Shown here: positions 15,601-31,328 of the stretch, piece by piece
How the letters are laid out: every line of letters starts with the position of its first letter
Numbering within the stretch: position 1 is the stretch's first letter
NCBI GenBank assembly: GCA_964016885.1
Contig: OZ024741.1
Location: forward strand, 368,528,001 to 368,592,000
Direction of reading: 5' to 3'
Origin: Eledone cirrhosa
Lineage: Eukaryota
DNA: 64,000 nt
Translations under genes and position numbers: made by a program
The notes under the pieces: generated by a model
The model's database searches: none
What the model was told of the DNA's origin: nothing
Seen by the model: only the letters and a program-made list of their open reading frames with translations

Positions 15601-18600
15601 ATCAAAGTTGTGTGCCTCACAATTTGGGGCTAGCATTTTGGCTACAAACAAAAACATTGTAGACCATAATCTGAAGAAAAGCTGCACTGACTAACAAACT
15701 ACAACCACTAACCTACTGATGTGCTGTGTTCTTTGGCTGATTCTTCTACTACTACTATAATAATTGCTACTATCACTGAACTACAAGCATTTCATTCCCA
15801 GAACAGCAAGAACCTGAAACTACCTTCCAGCCCACTCAACCTGAAGAAGAACAGGCCAACAAGGGAGTCACAATGTGGTCACTCCATCTGCTAAAAGTTG
15901 GAGCCAAATCTCCCTCAAATTACACCCAACTGAAAAAAAAAAAGGATGTATTAGATAATGTCTGTACTGTGGCTAACAACAACTGCAGCAACCTCACCTG
16001 TTTGAGGGTCTTCAAAAACTAATAAATAAATATGTTTTAATCAGGTTGTCAGCAAAAATCTATCATTTTTTAAAGCGTATTTGCATCCATATATATTCTA
16101 TTCTAATTATTAGGCACACAAAGTGGATTTTAAGTATTTTCTAAACTAATACCCGAGTATACATATATATATGTGTGTGTGTGTGGATATTGGAGCATCA
16201 TTATTACAATTAAATGAATAAACATTGTCTCTGATCAAGATAAAGTGAGAGTATCTTTCAATTCATAGAAAAATGAGAAAACTCATTGCTAGAACAGCTG
16301 TTAAAACAGCCAAATGCTGTGAATAACAGCGATGGGAAAAAATACCCCAGAGGACAATGGCCAGCTGAGAGACAGATGAATGAAATATAGAAAAGATTGA
16401 GAGGACAAGGACAAGTGTGTAGGTGCATAGAAGTGACTGGAAGAAGGAAATAAAGAAAGGTGATGTACAAGACAAGTTTACATACACACACACATCTTCA
16501 CCCTCATCAGTTCTCAAACCAGCTTGGCTGTTTTATCTCATTTTTCTATGAATTATTGCATTTAATATTGTAAGTGTATGTGTGTGATTTCAGGCTGGCC
16601 TATTGTTCAGAGGATAGTGAATTCTTGTAGTTTATTGGATAGTATAGGAGGTACAATACAAGTGAGATTGAAAGAAGATGAGGATACATCAATTATGGTT
16701 GCATGTAGAAAAATGGTTCCACCAGTTCCACTAAATATTCTTCTTTATAACACTCAACACAACAAATGTGAGAAAATAAGTAAAATAAGTGGAACAAATA
16801 TTTGTGAAATCTCAGTACATTTAATCAATTGCCAGTCTTACTTTTAAATACATTAACATTATATGTATATCATCATCATCGTTTAATGTCTATCTTCCAC
16901 GCTAGCATGGGTTACACGGGAATTGTCTCACTTGAGGCAAGATTGATTGGGAGACTGTGTTTCGCTCGTATAGAACATCTTAACTATAATAAAGAAAGGA
17001 GTGTGGGATTGCATCTAGAATATATTTTTTTATCCCATTAGTAAAATAAGTTGGATTACTTTGAATAAATAATTGTTTCTACTTTAGGCACAAGGCCAGC
17101 AATTACCCAGTGCATTACTGGTACTTTATTTTATCCACCCCGTAAGGATGAAAGGCAAAGTCAACCTCGGCGGGATTTGAACTCAGATCGTTAAGGGACG
17201 TAACTATGCTGGAAAGCATGGCGTCCGACCCTCTACCGATACTGCCAATCCACCGCCGTTCTTTGAATAAATAATTGTTTCTACTTAAGGCACAAGGCCA
17301 GCAAATTACCCAGTGCATTACTAGTACTTTATTTTATCGACCTAGTAAGGATGAACGGTAAAGTCAACCTTGGCGGGATTTGAACTCAGATCGTAAAGGG
17401 ATGTAACTATGCTAGAAAGCATGACGTCCGACCCTCTACCGATACTGCCAATCCATCTTTGAATAAATAATGAGTGAATATTACACAATTTATAACTCTT
17501 GATTAAATATAAATAATTTTATTGCTTATTTAAAGATTCACTTCTTTAAAATTTTCAAATGTCAACACTTCCAGTTAGTGCCTGTTATATTATAACACTT
17601 ATAAAAACATCGCAAATATTTCCGTCGCTAATTTTCTCCCAATGCAGTTTATATATAATATCGTCTTTTTTAAATGTATCATGGATTACTTTACTGGTTA
17701 CAGAAGAGACACAGACTCTCTTCAATTTCTGTGGATATTGTCAATTACGATTTTATTTGACATATCATGGAAGCACATGGCTTAGTGGTTAGAGCATTGG
17801 CCTTGCAATCGAAAGGTTGTGAGTTCAATTCTCAGACCGGGTGATGTGTTGACACTTTATTTCAGATTGCTCCAGTTTACTCAGCTGTAGAAATGAGATG
17901 ATAAGGACTGGGGTCCCTATCATTCCACTGCAAAAAAGCACTCAGCACTCACTGTAAATGAGGTTGGTGTTAGGAAGGGCATCCAACTGTAGAAATCAAG
18001 CCGGAATCAGTTCCCGTCCCACCCTTGCAAGCAGGGAAAAGCGGACGTATGATGATGATGATGATGATATCATATCTACATGCATATATATTTGTGTATA
18101 ATATCAATATACACACTACACATGCTAGCAGAAAACCACCCAGGGGTGGTTTTTCTGCTAGTATATATAAAAGAAATATATAGGAAAGCCCAACTTACAG
18201 ATTGAGCATAATTTTACACATTAACATGTATTTCAGAGCTTTATCAGCTTTAAGTTTGTTGATGGAAGCATAACCTTCATAGGCTTCATAGAAATATGAA
18301 TATGCAGTCTTAAAATCTTTTTCATCAGCAGCATGGAGGATACCTGCAGAAGTAGCAAGAATAGATATTATGATGGATTATTCTATTTACATTGAATTTA
18401 AAGATTACATAATATTACCTTCTCATAAAAATCAGATTCTCAATCTTAGAAACTTTAAAAAGCTGAGCAATTCTAAAAGAATTTACAATACATCATCATT
18501 TAATGTGCATTTTCTTGCTAGAAAAGGCTAGACGGGTCATCACAGATCAAGTCAGTACTTAATCAGAACTCGGCCTCACAGACGGGCCAAGGGAAACATC

Positions 18601-21600
18601 TCACATACATACATTCCCACACTTTACAGAGTATAATGTGTGCATTTTAACAATGCACCAGCTCTAGGAAGGTTCTCTTGTCTTTGACATAACTGGAGAG
18701 TACTTTCAACCCTTTGTTTGGCACGGATTCTGCAATTGGACGCCCCTTTTAACACTACTTTACATAGTGCACTAGATACATTTTTACCACAATAAAGCAT
18801 GCTCATTACATCTTTCTAAAATAGTTCATATATTTGTGTTTTTTTTTTAATTTGTACAAACCTTTAAATAAATTTATTGAACAAAAGTTATACAATGATG
18901 AAAATATTAAAAAAGGATAAAAACAAAATTGATAAATAAAAAAAAGGGAACAAGGGGAATAGTTGAAGAGCAGATCTGGTTGTATAGGAAAGTAAAGGAA
19001 AGGACTATAAAGCCCATAAATGAGAGGAAAAGGAGGGAAAAGCAAGGATTATTAGACAGCGGAAGAAAGAGAGGGGGTTAGAGTGATGTTTTGGCTGCAT
19101 CCCGTGGACACCTGCTGCAACAGCCACTGCACCTCGTGGGGCTCCTTCCTTAATATTCTTCTAGATTCATCTTTGCATAAGATTATTTTATTACAAAAAA
19201 TGCAGATAAGACAGTTGTAGGTGACAATGTCAACAACATACTATTCTACAGTCTGGTGGGGCATTTGGTAGTATCAGTAGAGGGTCTAACGCCATGCTTT
19301 GCAGCAAAGAGTTACGGCACTTTATGGTCTGAGTTCAAATCCCGCTGAGGTTAACTTTACCTTTCATCCTTACGGGGTCGATAAAATAAAGTACCAGTAA
19401 TACACTGGGATAATTGTTGGCCTTGTGCCAAAAGTAGAAACAATTATATGTTATATAAAAGAGAAGTAGCATACAATAATATGAAGATAAAATTATTATA
19501 TAACTTTACCTGATTGCAGATCTAAAGCTGCCTGGAGTTTAGGGGGACAGTAAATACCATTTGCTGTAGTTCTCCCTGAAGTCAAAGCAGCCCTTGATAA
19601 TAGAAGCAAAAATATTTCTGAGTTTATAAATATACATACATACATATATGCAACAAATTGCTCCACAATAAGAACAACACTCATGAAAATGAAAACAAAA
19701 ATCAATGTAACTGGAAAGTGAAAGAATTGAAGACAATGCTCAGAGCTTGACTGGTGGTTCCCCATCAAACAAGCTAATTAAGGAGATCCTGCAAAGCTAT
19801 GGCTGTCTGAGAACACTGGCCTAGATAGAGTGGAAGAAGAAAAAAATTAATTTGTGCCTATACGCTCATTAGATCATACATGGATCTGCTGAGCCATATC
19901 TTTACAGAAGAGATGAAAGCAGAAGACAAAGAAAAAATATGAGCCCAAAAGGGTCCACGGAAGTCCAGAAGTGTCTGAGAGCTGCTGAGAGTGAGATGTC
20001 TTGTGATGTAGACAATATCAAAGAAGAAAAATAAAATAAAACACTGGAATGCAACAAAGGAAAACTAAAGAACCGCCAGGTGGAGCTCAATAAGAAGAAA
20101 AACATAAATAAACACAAAGGAGGCAATAAGTGGATAAATGATAAAGCAAAGAAGACTAGAATTAGGAAAAACAGAAACCTTGGGAAAAAGAAAGTCCAAC
20201 TACTCTGTAAGTTCTACAAGAAACAGAACTGCTGGCATGGGAAGCTGGGGCAAGCTACAATTTTGCACACCACAGACTATGTGAGCAGCACCAAACCGGC
20301 TCATCCCAAATACTCCATTTAAAACTAACATGGGCAAACAACACAGCACACAGGGTTACTGTTCAGTAAGTATGCTGAGATTGCACATACTGCTCCATTG
20401 AAGAAGAAACATTATGCGGAAGCAGTACAGACTGTAGCTGCGGAACATGGTGGAAAAGATTGTGAGACAGCTGACTTGGCTTCATTTGATACAAAGCCCA
20501 AATCAGTTACATTAACACTCACGATCACCACAAACAAAGACGTAGGGTGGCCACCACTGATACCCACGCAAATGCCATATCAGTGACCATCACTGGCACC
20601 CCAAAAGTCACACCAGTGCTACTACTAAATGTCAGAGGCCTGGAAAACTGACCAACATGTGTAAGATCCCCTACCTAAGAGACCTAATCATAAGCAATAT
20701 GCATGGCACTAACTGAAACTTACCTGACAACTAGCATAACAGATGTGGAAATACACATACCAAAGTATGCTGTATTTCAGAGCTGAAAGGAGGGAGTTTC
20801 TATGTACAGCCATAAAGATATCACACCATTAGTACTGTTGTCACATTCCAACTCCGTGACACACTAATAGTACATGTAAAGCAACTCAAAATTGTAATAT
20901 GTGTCACATATCGACACCTGACACCCCTAGTCATGAGGACAAGTTTGAAGATAACTTTAGAAAGATAAAAGTCCCAATCAATTTGCATCAGTCTCAACAT
21001 CCTGTTGGTGGGAGATTTTAACCTCCCCATGGTCAAATGGTCATGCTATCTCAGGAATGATGTCACTTGAACAAAGGTAGACAGAATCCTTGTTGGACCT
21101 TACAGATTCTTCATCCAACAAGAGGTGAGAATATCCTGGATCTTTTCATGAATAACACGGAGCTCATTCACAATGTGAAAATGACACTAACGACTTTCTC
21201 GGACCATAACATAGTAGAACTAGTAATGTATACATACAACCACAACTGTTAAATGTCCAATCAAAGTGCAAACAATGTGACTCTAAATCAATGCTATCCA
21301 CAAACTCAAACAAATATGGTGCATGCATCTAAACTCTAACCCACCCACCAAATACATAGCATACTAGACATAAAGTAAAAAAAAACTAATTACATCCTTC
21401 AGAACTATACCCTAAACACTCCCATTAACAAGAATAACCAAACCTATACTAATTACTGGTACACACACACACTCACATATCATCATCATCATCATCACCG
21501 TTTTACGTTCGTTCTTCCACGCTAGCATGGGTTAGACGGGTTGTCCTGTTGTGAGCAGTGTCTGGTCGGCTGACCATGCCTTGCTCATACAGGAACTGAT

Positions 21601-24600
21601 TTGGCTTGATTTCTACAGCTGGATGCCCTTCCTAACACCAACCTCATTTACAGTGAGTGCTGGGTGCTTTTTCGTGGCGCCTACACGTTGTATATGATTA
21701 TCATCATCATCTATTTTCCATGCTATTATGGGTTAGACAGGTTGTCCCATTTGAGGCAAGTCAGATTAGGTGAACCTGTCTTGCTTACACAACTATTTCT
21801 GGCTTAGTTTCTATGGCTGGGTTCCAAATGCCAACCACATTTACAGTGTGTACTGGATGCTTTATATTGTGACACTTAAACAACCACTTTACAGTGTGGG
21901 CAGGGAGCTTTTTGTTGTGGCACCAAAACAACCACTTTACAATGTGGACTGGGGACTGGAATGGGGGAAAAGGTGTGGGAGGTGTATGGAAGGGAGGAAG
22001 GAGGACAGGGGTTAAGTTGCGCTTACTAGAGGTATATATATATCGTCATCAGTTTACGTGTTTTCCACATTGGCATATGGGTGTTATATGCAGAGAATAG
22101 ACTGGTCGTATGAGTATGTCCTAGTGACACATTCTATTCTAACATGGTTTCTACAGTTGGATACCACTCCTAATGCCAACCACTCCACAGCTTGTACGTA
22201 GTGTATTTTACCATGGCAACACCACTAATACTTTACATTGTAGGCCACACACATATGTGATGCGTATGAATGATGGCGGCTGCATAAAAAGGTGCAGAGC
22301 ACTAAAAGTTGATGGAAGACTTAGAGTGGGGAGACCCCAAAAGACCTGGGATGAGGTGATAAAAGCTGACATTGCCCAATTGCACCTGTCAAAGGCATTG
22401 ACACAGGACTGAGACCTCTGGTGTTATGCAGTAATACAGAAGACCCGACTTCCCACAGGTACAAGCCGAAGCTGAAGCATACAGACAGTATGCCTTCCCT
22501 TCTAACTGTAAAGTGGTCGTGTAGGCACCATGGTAAAAAAGCACCCAGTATTCACTGTAAATGAGGTTTGTGTTACGAAGGGCACCCAGCTGTAGGAAAC
22601 AAGCCAAAATCAGTTCTGTATGAGCAAGAAATGGTCACTTGACTTGGCATAGCCCGAAAACCTGTCTAACCCATGCTAGCGTGGAAGAACGGACATAAAA
22701 TGGTGATGATGATGATGATGATGATGATGTATATACACATGGAAGTGGATAGTCATGTTATGAGGGAGGTCTGGCCAGTTGGCTGCGATATACTCTGCTC
22801 ATAACAGAGCTGTATTTTGGGAGTTAGATGGTCCCGCTATGGGGAACAAATATACATATATGAAAACAGAATTAGAAAGTTAATGTGCAAGTTTTTAGTA
22901 TTACAAAACCCATCATTACAATCATGTTAATGTTGTTACATAACTCTGCTCAAGACAAGATGGCATTGAGGTAGTCAGTCAGGCTCTGTTGCATGTTTTG
23001 TCCAAGCTATTTACCTATGACATACCATGTGTGATACTAGACAAGTACAAATGAAATATAATCACTACAATTCTATGAATCTAATGGTGGCCTTTGTTAG
23101 TAAGAATCAAATATGTATGCATGGGACCTTAAATTCCAATGGAATTGAAGGTGTGCCATAGTGATATAGCTTATCTTGGGCATTCTAAAACTCAGTGGCG
23201 ACCATCCATTTCTGGGTCTAAACACAGTTAATTTCTTCTAAAGAAAGACAGAGAAAGGAAATGAGAAAGATATAGAGTACAAATTTACCCCAGTACTGGA
23301 CTGGAATGACATTTAGTTATTTATTGACCACAATTAGATAAAAAGACAAAGCTGGCCTCAGCAGGATTTGAACACGGAGTACAGAGAGTCAGAAGGGATA
23401 CCATAAATCAAAATTCTGCAATGAAGGTCTCTGCTGAAATCATAAACTCTACTTCTTGCTTTATAGATTAGTTTAAGTTACTTTGGTCAATCTAAATGTT
23501 TTCAATTCAGCAACATAGGTAATCTTAATGTTCAGCTTTCCTCCTAGTAATGTCATACATCATCATCATAACATCCGGTTTAACCCCCCCCCCCCCCATC
23601 CAAATGCCCTGTAATAAATAAATGAATATTTACCTGGCCTTTGGCAGATTAGAACGAGCATAGTAGGTCTTGCTTTCTAATAGTTGTACTTCAACTAATA
23701 AGGCTTTATCATCCAATTCCTTCAGTTCTTTCAGTAATGTTGCAGCTATAATATATAGACATGAAAGATAACAGATAAATTTGCATACATGCATCACACA
23801 CACTAGATTCCAGTTAAGAAAACTAGATTCCAGTTAAGCCATCACTGGATGGCAAAATCTTCATTCCCCATCATTACAACCACACTACTGCAATAAATTC
23901 TGCTCCTTTGAACTTCAAATTTTTACATGCTTCCATTTATTGTAGATGTGAGATAGCCAAGTATAACTTGGTATGACTTGGTAGTATATACCACACCTTT
24001 GCTAAGGGTTTTAGGTGCCCATGCACTTACATGCAGACATAGACACTTTCTTGATATTCTCTCCTTTGATCCAGAAGAACATCCAAAATGTGACAGTTGG
24101 AAGATGATGCACTAGCATTGAGCTGGTACTTTTTTTAATTTTATTTCTTTAGCAAACTACATTCAGACATACTATAGGTGTTTTATGGTGCATTTGGGCA
24201 GTAGAAATAATGCTATGAACATTGTTAGATCTCCATGATCTTATAGGCTGTACAGGTGGAAACTTATCCTTTCTCTTAACCCTTTCGTTACTATATTTCT
24301 ATGGAAAATAAGAATTTTGAGAGATTTAGAAATAACTAACTAACTTTCTCATTACTTAGCTGATGTTTGGAACACAACAAAAGTTCTTACATGAAATTAT
24401 GTTGGAAGGTTTTTAGATAAATATAAACACTTCAAAATATATAGCTTTGCATCATAAAATGACCTTTGTTTGGCAACTTTCCTATCACTGAACGCCCATC
24501 CTGTTGTCAACCATTTTATATCAAAGCACCAACATTAAAGAGTCTGTCAGTCATTGACTCAACTGAAAAGCCCTTCCTTCTTATATTCTCCTTCTAACCC

Positions 24601-27600
24601 AATCACTAACTAGTAACCATTGGTTGTGTTAACACCAACATATACTTGGTAAAGCTAAATCATTGATACTCCTCAGACTAACAAATCATAATTAGCTGTA
24701 GCATTTAATGTAAAAAACAAAAAACACCGGGGATTGAAACACAATCACTGTTTAACATCCACTTTTCCATGCTAGCGTGGGTTAAACAAGTTGTCCAAGC
24801 TAGATCAGATGACCATGTCCTGTTCCACAGAATTGTTTCTGGCTTGGTTTCTACAGCTAGATCCTCTTCCTAATGCCAACCGAACGGAGAGGGGTGTTAT
24901 GTATACTGATGGTGACCAAAGAAATCAACAAATATTGTAAAATAGAGTGTTTCTTATGAAAGTAATAGTGCAGACAATGTATGTGGCTGTTTAGCCCTAG
25001 ATTAACTCTGATTCGCCCATGACCATCTGTTTCTTTAAGGTTTACATTATCTAATGTATGCTTTTTTTATAATTATGTATTTATTTAATCAATTTAAATG
25101 TTCATTATAGAGCTAGTAAACCATGACAGACCAGGAGAGGTATTTAATATCACTTACAATTAAGAAACAAAAACAAAAGAGAAAGAGAGAAAAACGAAGG
25201 GGGCAACAAGAGGCAAGAGGGATTTGACTGCTATTTCTTCCAAATCAAGTAACCACATAGATGAAGATATGTGGCCTAGGGGTTATGGTGTTGGACTCCC
25301 AACCATAAATTTGTGGGTTTGATTGCTGCACCAGGCAGTGCAATGAGTTCTTGAGCAAGATGCTCCATTTCATGTTCCTTCTAATGATAGTCCTATTACC
25401 AAAATGCTTAAGAAACCTATGAGATACATTATATATCATCATCATTATCAAATTGTGAGACAAATCAGAGCAGGTGACCATGACTTGCTCATACAAAACT
25501 GTTTCTGGCTTGGATTCTATGGCTAGATGCCCTTCCTAAAGGCAACCAGATTTACAGTGTGGACTGGGTGCTTTTTATCGTGGCACCAAAACGACCAACT
25601 GACAGGTTGAACTGTGTGCTTTTTCAGCAAGTCACCAGCACAACTTTACAGAATGGACCAGGTGCTTTTTGTTGTGTCACCAACACAACTACTTTACAGG
25701 ATGGACTGGGTGTTTTTTGTCATGTCACCAGTACAACCACCTTACAAGGTGGACTGGGTGTTCATTTGTCATGTCACCAGCATGAGCATCTGATATGGTA
25801 GACTAAGGACTTTTGTGTCAACATGACCACCTTACAGGGTGAACTGAGAACTTTTAGCCATTTCAGCAGCCTTGTTGGAGAGCCTGTCCAGCTTTCCAGG
25901 TGGTTTTCCTTGGTACTTCTTCACCCAGCAATCATTATCCACGTGCATCGCATGTTCATACCAACAGTCTCCTCTCCTGTACACTATATTTGATTCCTTT
26001 TATACCCAGTTATTCCCTCAGTTCATGCATGCTTTGTTGTTCTCACATATTAACATTGCACATCCAATGAAGCAGGATTGTCTCATTCCTCTCCAGCCTT
26101 AACATGTCCTCTGCATTCACTCCTTATGGCTCATTACCATGCAGCATCGCACTTTGCACACAGGCATCATACAGCCAACTTTTTGTTTGTAGGGAGAAAC
26201 CTTTTGATGTCAACAGAGGTAGCAGTTCCCTAAACTTCTTCCATCCTCGCCTTATTCTAGCTACTATGCTCTTGGACAATCCTTCTCCACTGTTAATTAT
26301 ATCACCTCGATAGCAAAAGCTATCAACTACTTCTATAGATTCTTCTTAGGATTAGAAAAGGTTTGTATTATTTATTTTATTATTATTATTGGCACCATTA
26401 CGAACAAAAGGCCAGTTATATGATGCCTGTGTGAGATGTGCGATGCTGCATGGTAGTGAGATATGGGCAGCAACTGCGGAGGATATGCGATGGCTGGAGA
26501 GAAATGAAGCAAGCATGCTCCGATGGATGTACAATGTTAATGTTCATGAATGACCAAGCATAGACGAGTTGAGAGAGAAACTGTAGTGTGCGAGAGAGAA
26601 GACTGCGTTGGTATGGACATGTGATGCGCATGGAGGATGACCGCTGGGTAAAGAAATGTCAAGAAATCCCAGTGGAAAGAAGACGCAGTAGAGTAAGACC
26701 ACGAAAATCATCGGTGGAGATGGTGAGAGCTAACCTCTGAAGCTCAGAGAGGAAATGATAAAGGACCGTGACGAATGGAGAGATGCTGTGCTGAAAAGGA
26801 CCTGTCCCACCCTTGCAAGCAGGGAAAAGCGGACGTAAAATGATGATGATGCTTACTATCAGTTGACTATGAACATCTACTACATACAAAGTTTTCCTTT
26901 CCTGTTAGTCTGCCTGCTTTCTCACTGTACCCAAGATTTGCACTGTGTACATCGTATAGAGTTTCTACTTACCGATTTCCTACATACTGACAAGGCTACT
27001 TCCATGTTGAGATCTGTGCCCTATCTTCTTTCCTACTTATCAAAAATTTGGTTTTTATTAAGCTTACTCTCAGCTCAGTTGATTCTAAATTCTTTCTCAG
27101 CTTCAGCTATAAGGACCAGATCATCGGCATACAGAGGTTCCCATGGGCAACCAGCCTTAAATTTCTCTGATATGGCCTGGAGAACTATGACAAATAGCAG
27201 TGGGCTAAGTACTGGACCATTATGCACTCCTACCTATACCTTGAATTCCTCACTAAACTCACTTTTCATACATCTCCTATGTAGCATTTCTAGGCCTCTC
27301 TCTTTTGAGTAGCAGTGATGTTAAGTGCACTGGTGTCATTTCGAACACACTTTTCCCCAACAATATCCTGATTCCCACTGATCTTCACATCAAGACAATG
27401 GCAAACCTCCCCATTTCAGCCTCTTTTCGTGCTTGTACTTGTCACTTAACTCCTCTTTCAGCGACCTAGTACTGGTTTCTGCTGCCTCTATTTTTCCACA
27501 CTTGTTTCTTGGTTTTAATGGCTCTATCTGCTGCCAGGTCACCCCCGCTCTCTCTCTGTCTGTCCTTATACTCACTTTTTAAAAATATCATTTAAAATTT

Positions 27601-27850
27601 TTTTGAGAAATACATATTTAAACACAACTAGCATATCATCACCATCATCATTTTACGTCCGCTTTTCCCTGCTTGCAAGGGTATAAATATAAATATTTCC
27701 ATGCTTGCAAGAGTATAAATATAAATATTCCTCAAGAATTACTATTATTATTATGGATTACATTTTATCTAGCTATGTGTTCAATGAAAATGTGTAAAAA
27801 AAAACGATTGTAAAGATTAAATCATTTAAGAACTATCTGTCATGTTAATT

Positions 27851-27934
<84 letters not shown>

Positions 27935-30900
27935 TGAGTATGTTGAAAAGGAGTGGGCAGATATTCCATAAAGTGCACACAGTGTAATCTAGCCTTGCTA
28001 GCAAGGAAAACAGACATATGAGGATGATGATAAAGAAAGAAACACTTAATAGAAACAAATAAAATGCAAAGTTAAGTAAAAAATGAAGACAACTTACATA
28101 TTTCCAAAGCTTTTTCATAACATTCAGTATCATAATACACTGAAATTAATCGTGCCTGGAAAAAAAAAAAAAAAAAAAGAGATCATATGTAAAAGTCTAA
28201 CAGAACAGTAAACATGATTGGAAAACACATTTACTAAGAGATTAAAACTGAACTACTAACCATATAAGACAGCTTGTACAACAGTAGCACTAACATAGCA
28301 GGATTCATGCATGGTCCTGCCACTCCTGAAGGAGTCGTAGGGGCGCTGTATAGACATACAGCATTTCTAGGGCATTTTAAAACCTGGTACAACCCAATCC
28401 TCTCCAGCTCTGAATACAATAGATTTCTTCCAGAAAAGGATAGAGTGAGTGAGAGAGAGGAAGTGAGAAAGAGATATAGAGAAAGAAATGACCCCAGTAC
28501 TAGACTGGTACTTTTTTTTTATCAACCCTGAATGGATAAAAGGCAAAGTTAACCTCAGCAGGATTTGAACTCGAACAGAGAGTCAAAACGAATACCAATA
28601 AACATTCGATCTGATATTCTAATGACTGCCAATTCGCAGTGATTCATAAGAGCTGTGTATAAAGACATATATGATATGTTTATGTATAATAATTGTTTCT
28701 ACTTTTGGCACAAGGCCAGCAATTACCCAGTGTATTACTAGTACTTTATCTTATCGACCTCGTAAGGATGAAAGGCAAAATTAACCTCGGCAGGATTTGA
28801 ACTCAGACCGTAAAGGGACGTAACTCTATGCTTCAAAGCATGGTGTCCGACTCTCTACCGATACTGCCAATCCACCGTATGTTTATGTATAATAATGGTT
28901 TAAGCTATGATCATAAAACACTTATTCTAGTGAAATTTGTTTTTCTTAGCATGGCATCTCCTTACACACGCTGCGATCCTTTGTCATCACCTCTGTGAGT
29001 CTCAGTGATTTAAGGTCAGCTCTCACAACCTCTGCCCAGGTCTTTCTTGGTCTACTTCTACCGTGGCTTCCTTCCACTGGTATTTCCAGGCACTTCTTCA
29101 CCCAACAATCATTATCCATGCACATCACATGTCCAATTATACATAAACAAGTTTTGCCCCAATTCACAGTTGTTGTTTAGCCCTAGGTCAACCTTGATTA
29201 AAAGCAAGCCAGCCATGACCATTCCCTCTTTTTTAGAGTAACTTAAGACATCATGTCATAATGTGATTTGAAGATTTATTTCTAGCAGGTTGAACGACTA
29301 TGTAAGATGCTCTTTCATTGCCTTGCATCCATGAATGAGCAGTTAGCTTATGAAGCACATTCAGCCATAAAAACAATTGTTATAACGGTGTGCAAATGTC
29401 AAGATTTTTAAAAGCTCACCATCCATGGGAACATTTGCATGGCTTTGCAAACTGCTAGAAACAGTAGCCAAATCCCCTCAAATCCCAACTTTAAAAAAGG
29501 AAGGACCCATTACATAATATAATCATAGATATACCCTTAAAAAGATGGGATGTTTAAGATTGGAATGTATTTAAACATAAATCTGCTGGACCAGGTTAAA
29601 CTACAACAGCATGAAAAATACATGTAAAACATTTTTTTAAAGAAGAAAACATTTAATTAATAACAAATATTCTTTTACTAATCTCAGTCATTAAACAGCA
29701 GTCATACTAGGGCATTGCCTTGATTTAGTGGATCATATTAGCCCCGGTACTATTTTTTTTGTAAGTCTGGCATTTAATTGATTGATCTCTTTTTTGCCAA
29801 GCCACTTATAGGAAATAAACATGGACACAGACAAGTGTGTCCCCCCAACCCATGCAAGCATGGAAAAGTCAATGTGAAATGATGATGATTTTCAATTTAC
29901 AGGACAGTTCATATTTTCTGGCATGTTTACATGTCTACATATTAAATATGTGTATATCTATATACACATTGGGGCAGTCTCGGTTACATAGTTTGTATGT
30001 ATACAAATATAATTTTATTGTACACTTCAGCTGCTAAAGCACTTCTTTATATATATATATATATTGCACTTCTCTGGTGCATGAAACTCCAGTAGGGACT
30101 TTGAAGATTCGTTCCTTGCATTTATAATTTGATATATATATATATTTTGTGATTGATATATATATATCAATCACAAAATATTGATCAAAATATATCATCT
30201 CAATCATATTATACCATAAATAGCTGTATTTTATATATAGAACAAGCTTCTGCAGTTTTTGTCTAGAAAATTCCACTCGGAAGTCATTAGCCAATCTAAG
30301 TCAATAATAGAAGACATTTGCCCAAGGTGCCATGTTAGAAAGTTAACTCCTTAACTACACAGCTATATTTTCATGAAGAATTTGTATCACATTTTTACCA
30401 ACATCACTTCTGGGTGAGTCAAGTACTGGTACATCAATGGCTTTCAATCATTTCCAGAAATCCTGCTTTACTTTGTAAACTACTACTGTATTGATGATAA
30501 GGTCCACATCATGAAACAACTGCTTGTTTTTCTGTCTACAAGAGACCTGAATTTAAACAGCACTGTCATACCAATAACATCAACAAGTAACATAGTAAAG
30601 TTATTGCTGACCAAAATGTGTGATTTAGATTTACATCCATCCAAGAATCATAACCACAATAATGCACGCAAAAAATTTGGATTTGCAGCACGTCATCATC
30701 ATTTTACATCCATCTTCTATGCTCGTATGGGATAGACAGGTTGTCAGTGTCTGATATTGGATGGATTAAGGCAGGGTTGGCAGAGCTCTACTGTATTTTG
30801 TACATTTTATCAATACACTAGTACATAGATGTAAAACCATAATACAAACACATGTCAAGTTTCATATCCCAAAACTGGCATCTTTGTGTCCATATCAAAA

Positions 30901-31283
30901 TATTTAATTTATATAGTGCAATCATTAGTTAAGAACCTAATATTGTATAGTTTATGGCTGCTTTATTATTTTCCATAGTATACCTGGCATAACCAAATAG
31001 TTAAGAGGTTCATTTTGCAATCATTAAGTCCTCGGTTTGATTCCATAGAGTGGTATCTAATTTCAGGATCAGGCTGTACCATTGATTAAACAACTGGAAC
31101 AATTGATGAAACCATCAGAGCTCTATCGTTCTCCACTATTATTTTTACCAGCTGAGTGGATTGACGCGATGTGAAATAAAGTATCTTGCTCAAAGATACA
31201 ATGTGCCAACCAGGCCAGGAATCAAACTTTGCAATACTGAACACAACAACCTAACCACTAAGCCACATGCCTTCACAATTCAC

Positions 31284-31328
<45 letters not shown>

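Larger units (their letters stand above)
16978..18161 (+). mobile_element. Non-autonomous Helitron-like element carrying nested SINEs; second copy inverted at 34283-35016
   Basis: A|TC 5' end; 3' hairpin CTAGCAGAAAACCACCC-AG-GGGTGGTTTTTCTGCTAG ending CTAG|T; homologous sequence at 34283-35016 on the opposite strand. Confidence 0.65.

Noticed and set aside
16258-16555. Short inverted repeats (AATTCATAGAAAAATGAGA...TCTCATTTTTCTATGAATT) around ~300 bp
   Set aside because: Probably a decayed TE fragment; no TSD, ORF or ribozyme core could be supported.
17770-17840. tRNA gene (A and B boxes)
   Set aside because: No cloverleaf; it continues into a SINE body and (GAT)n tail, with multiple diverged copies.
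24031-24122. Exon-like segment with GTAAGT donor encoding ...[12 protein letters not shown] (loosely like Rpn6 DTKRYQEAL)
   Set aside because: The true exon 5 is at 28098-28155 with correct size and phase; this segment has a poor acceptor and the wrong phase.
27940-28000. 'ARL...' start on the - strand resembling PSMD11 exon 5
   Set aside because: It is the antisense of an RTE PHD fragment ([13 protein letters not shown]).
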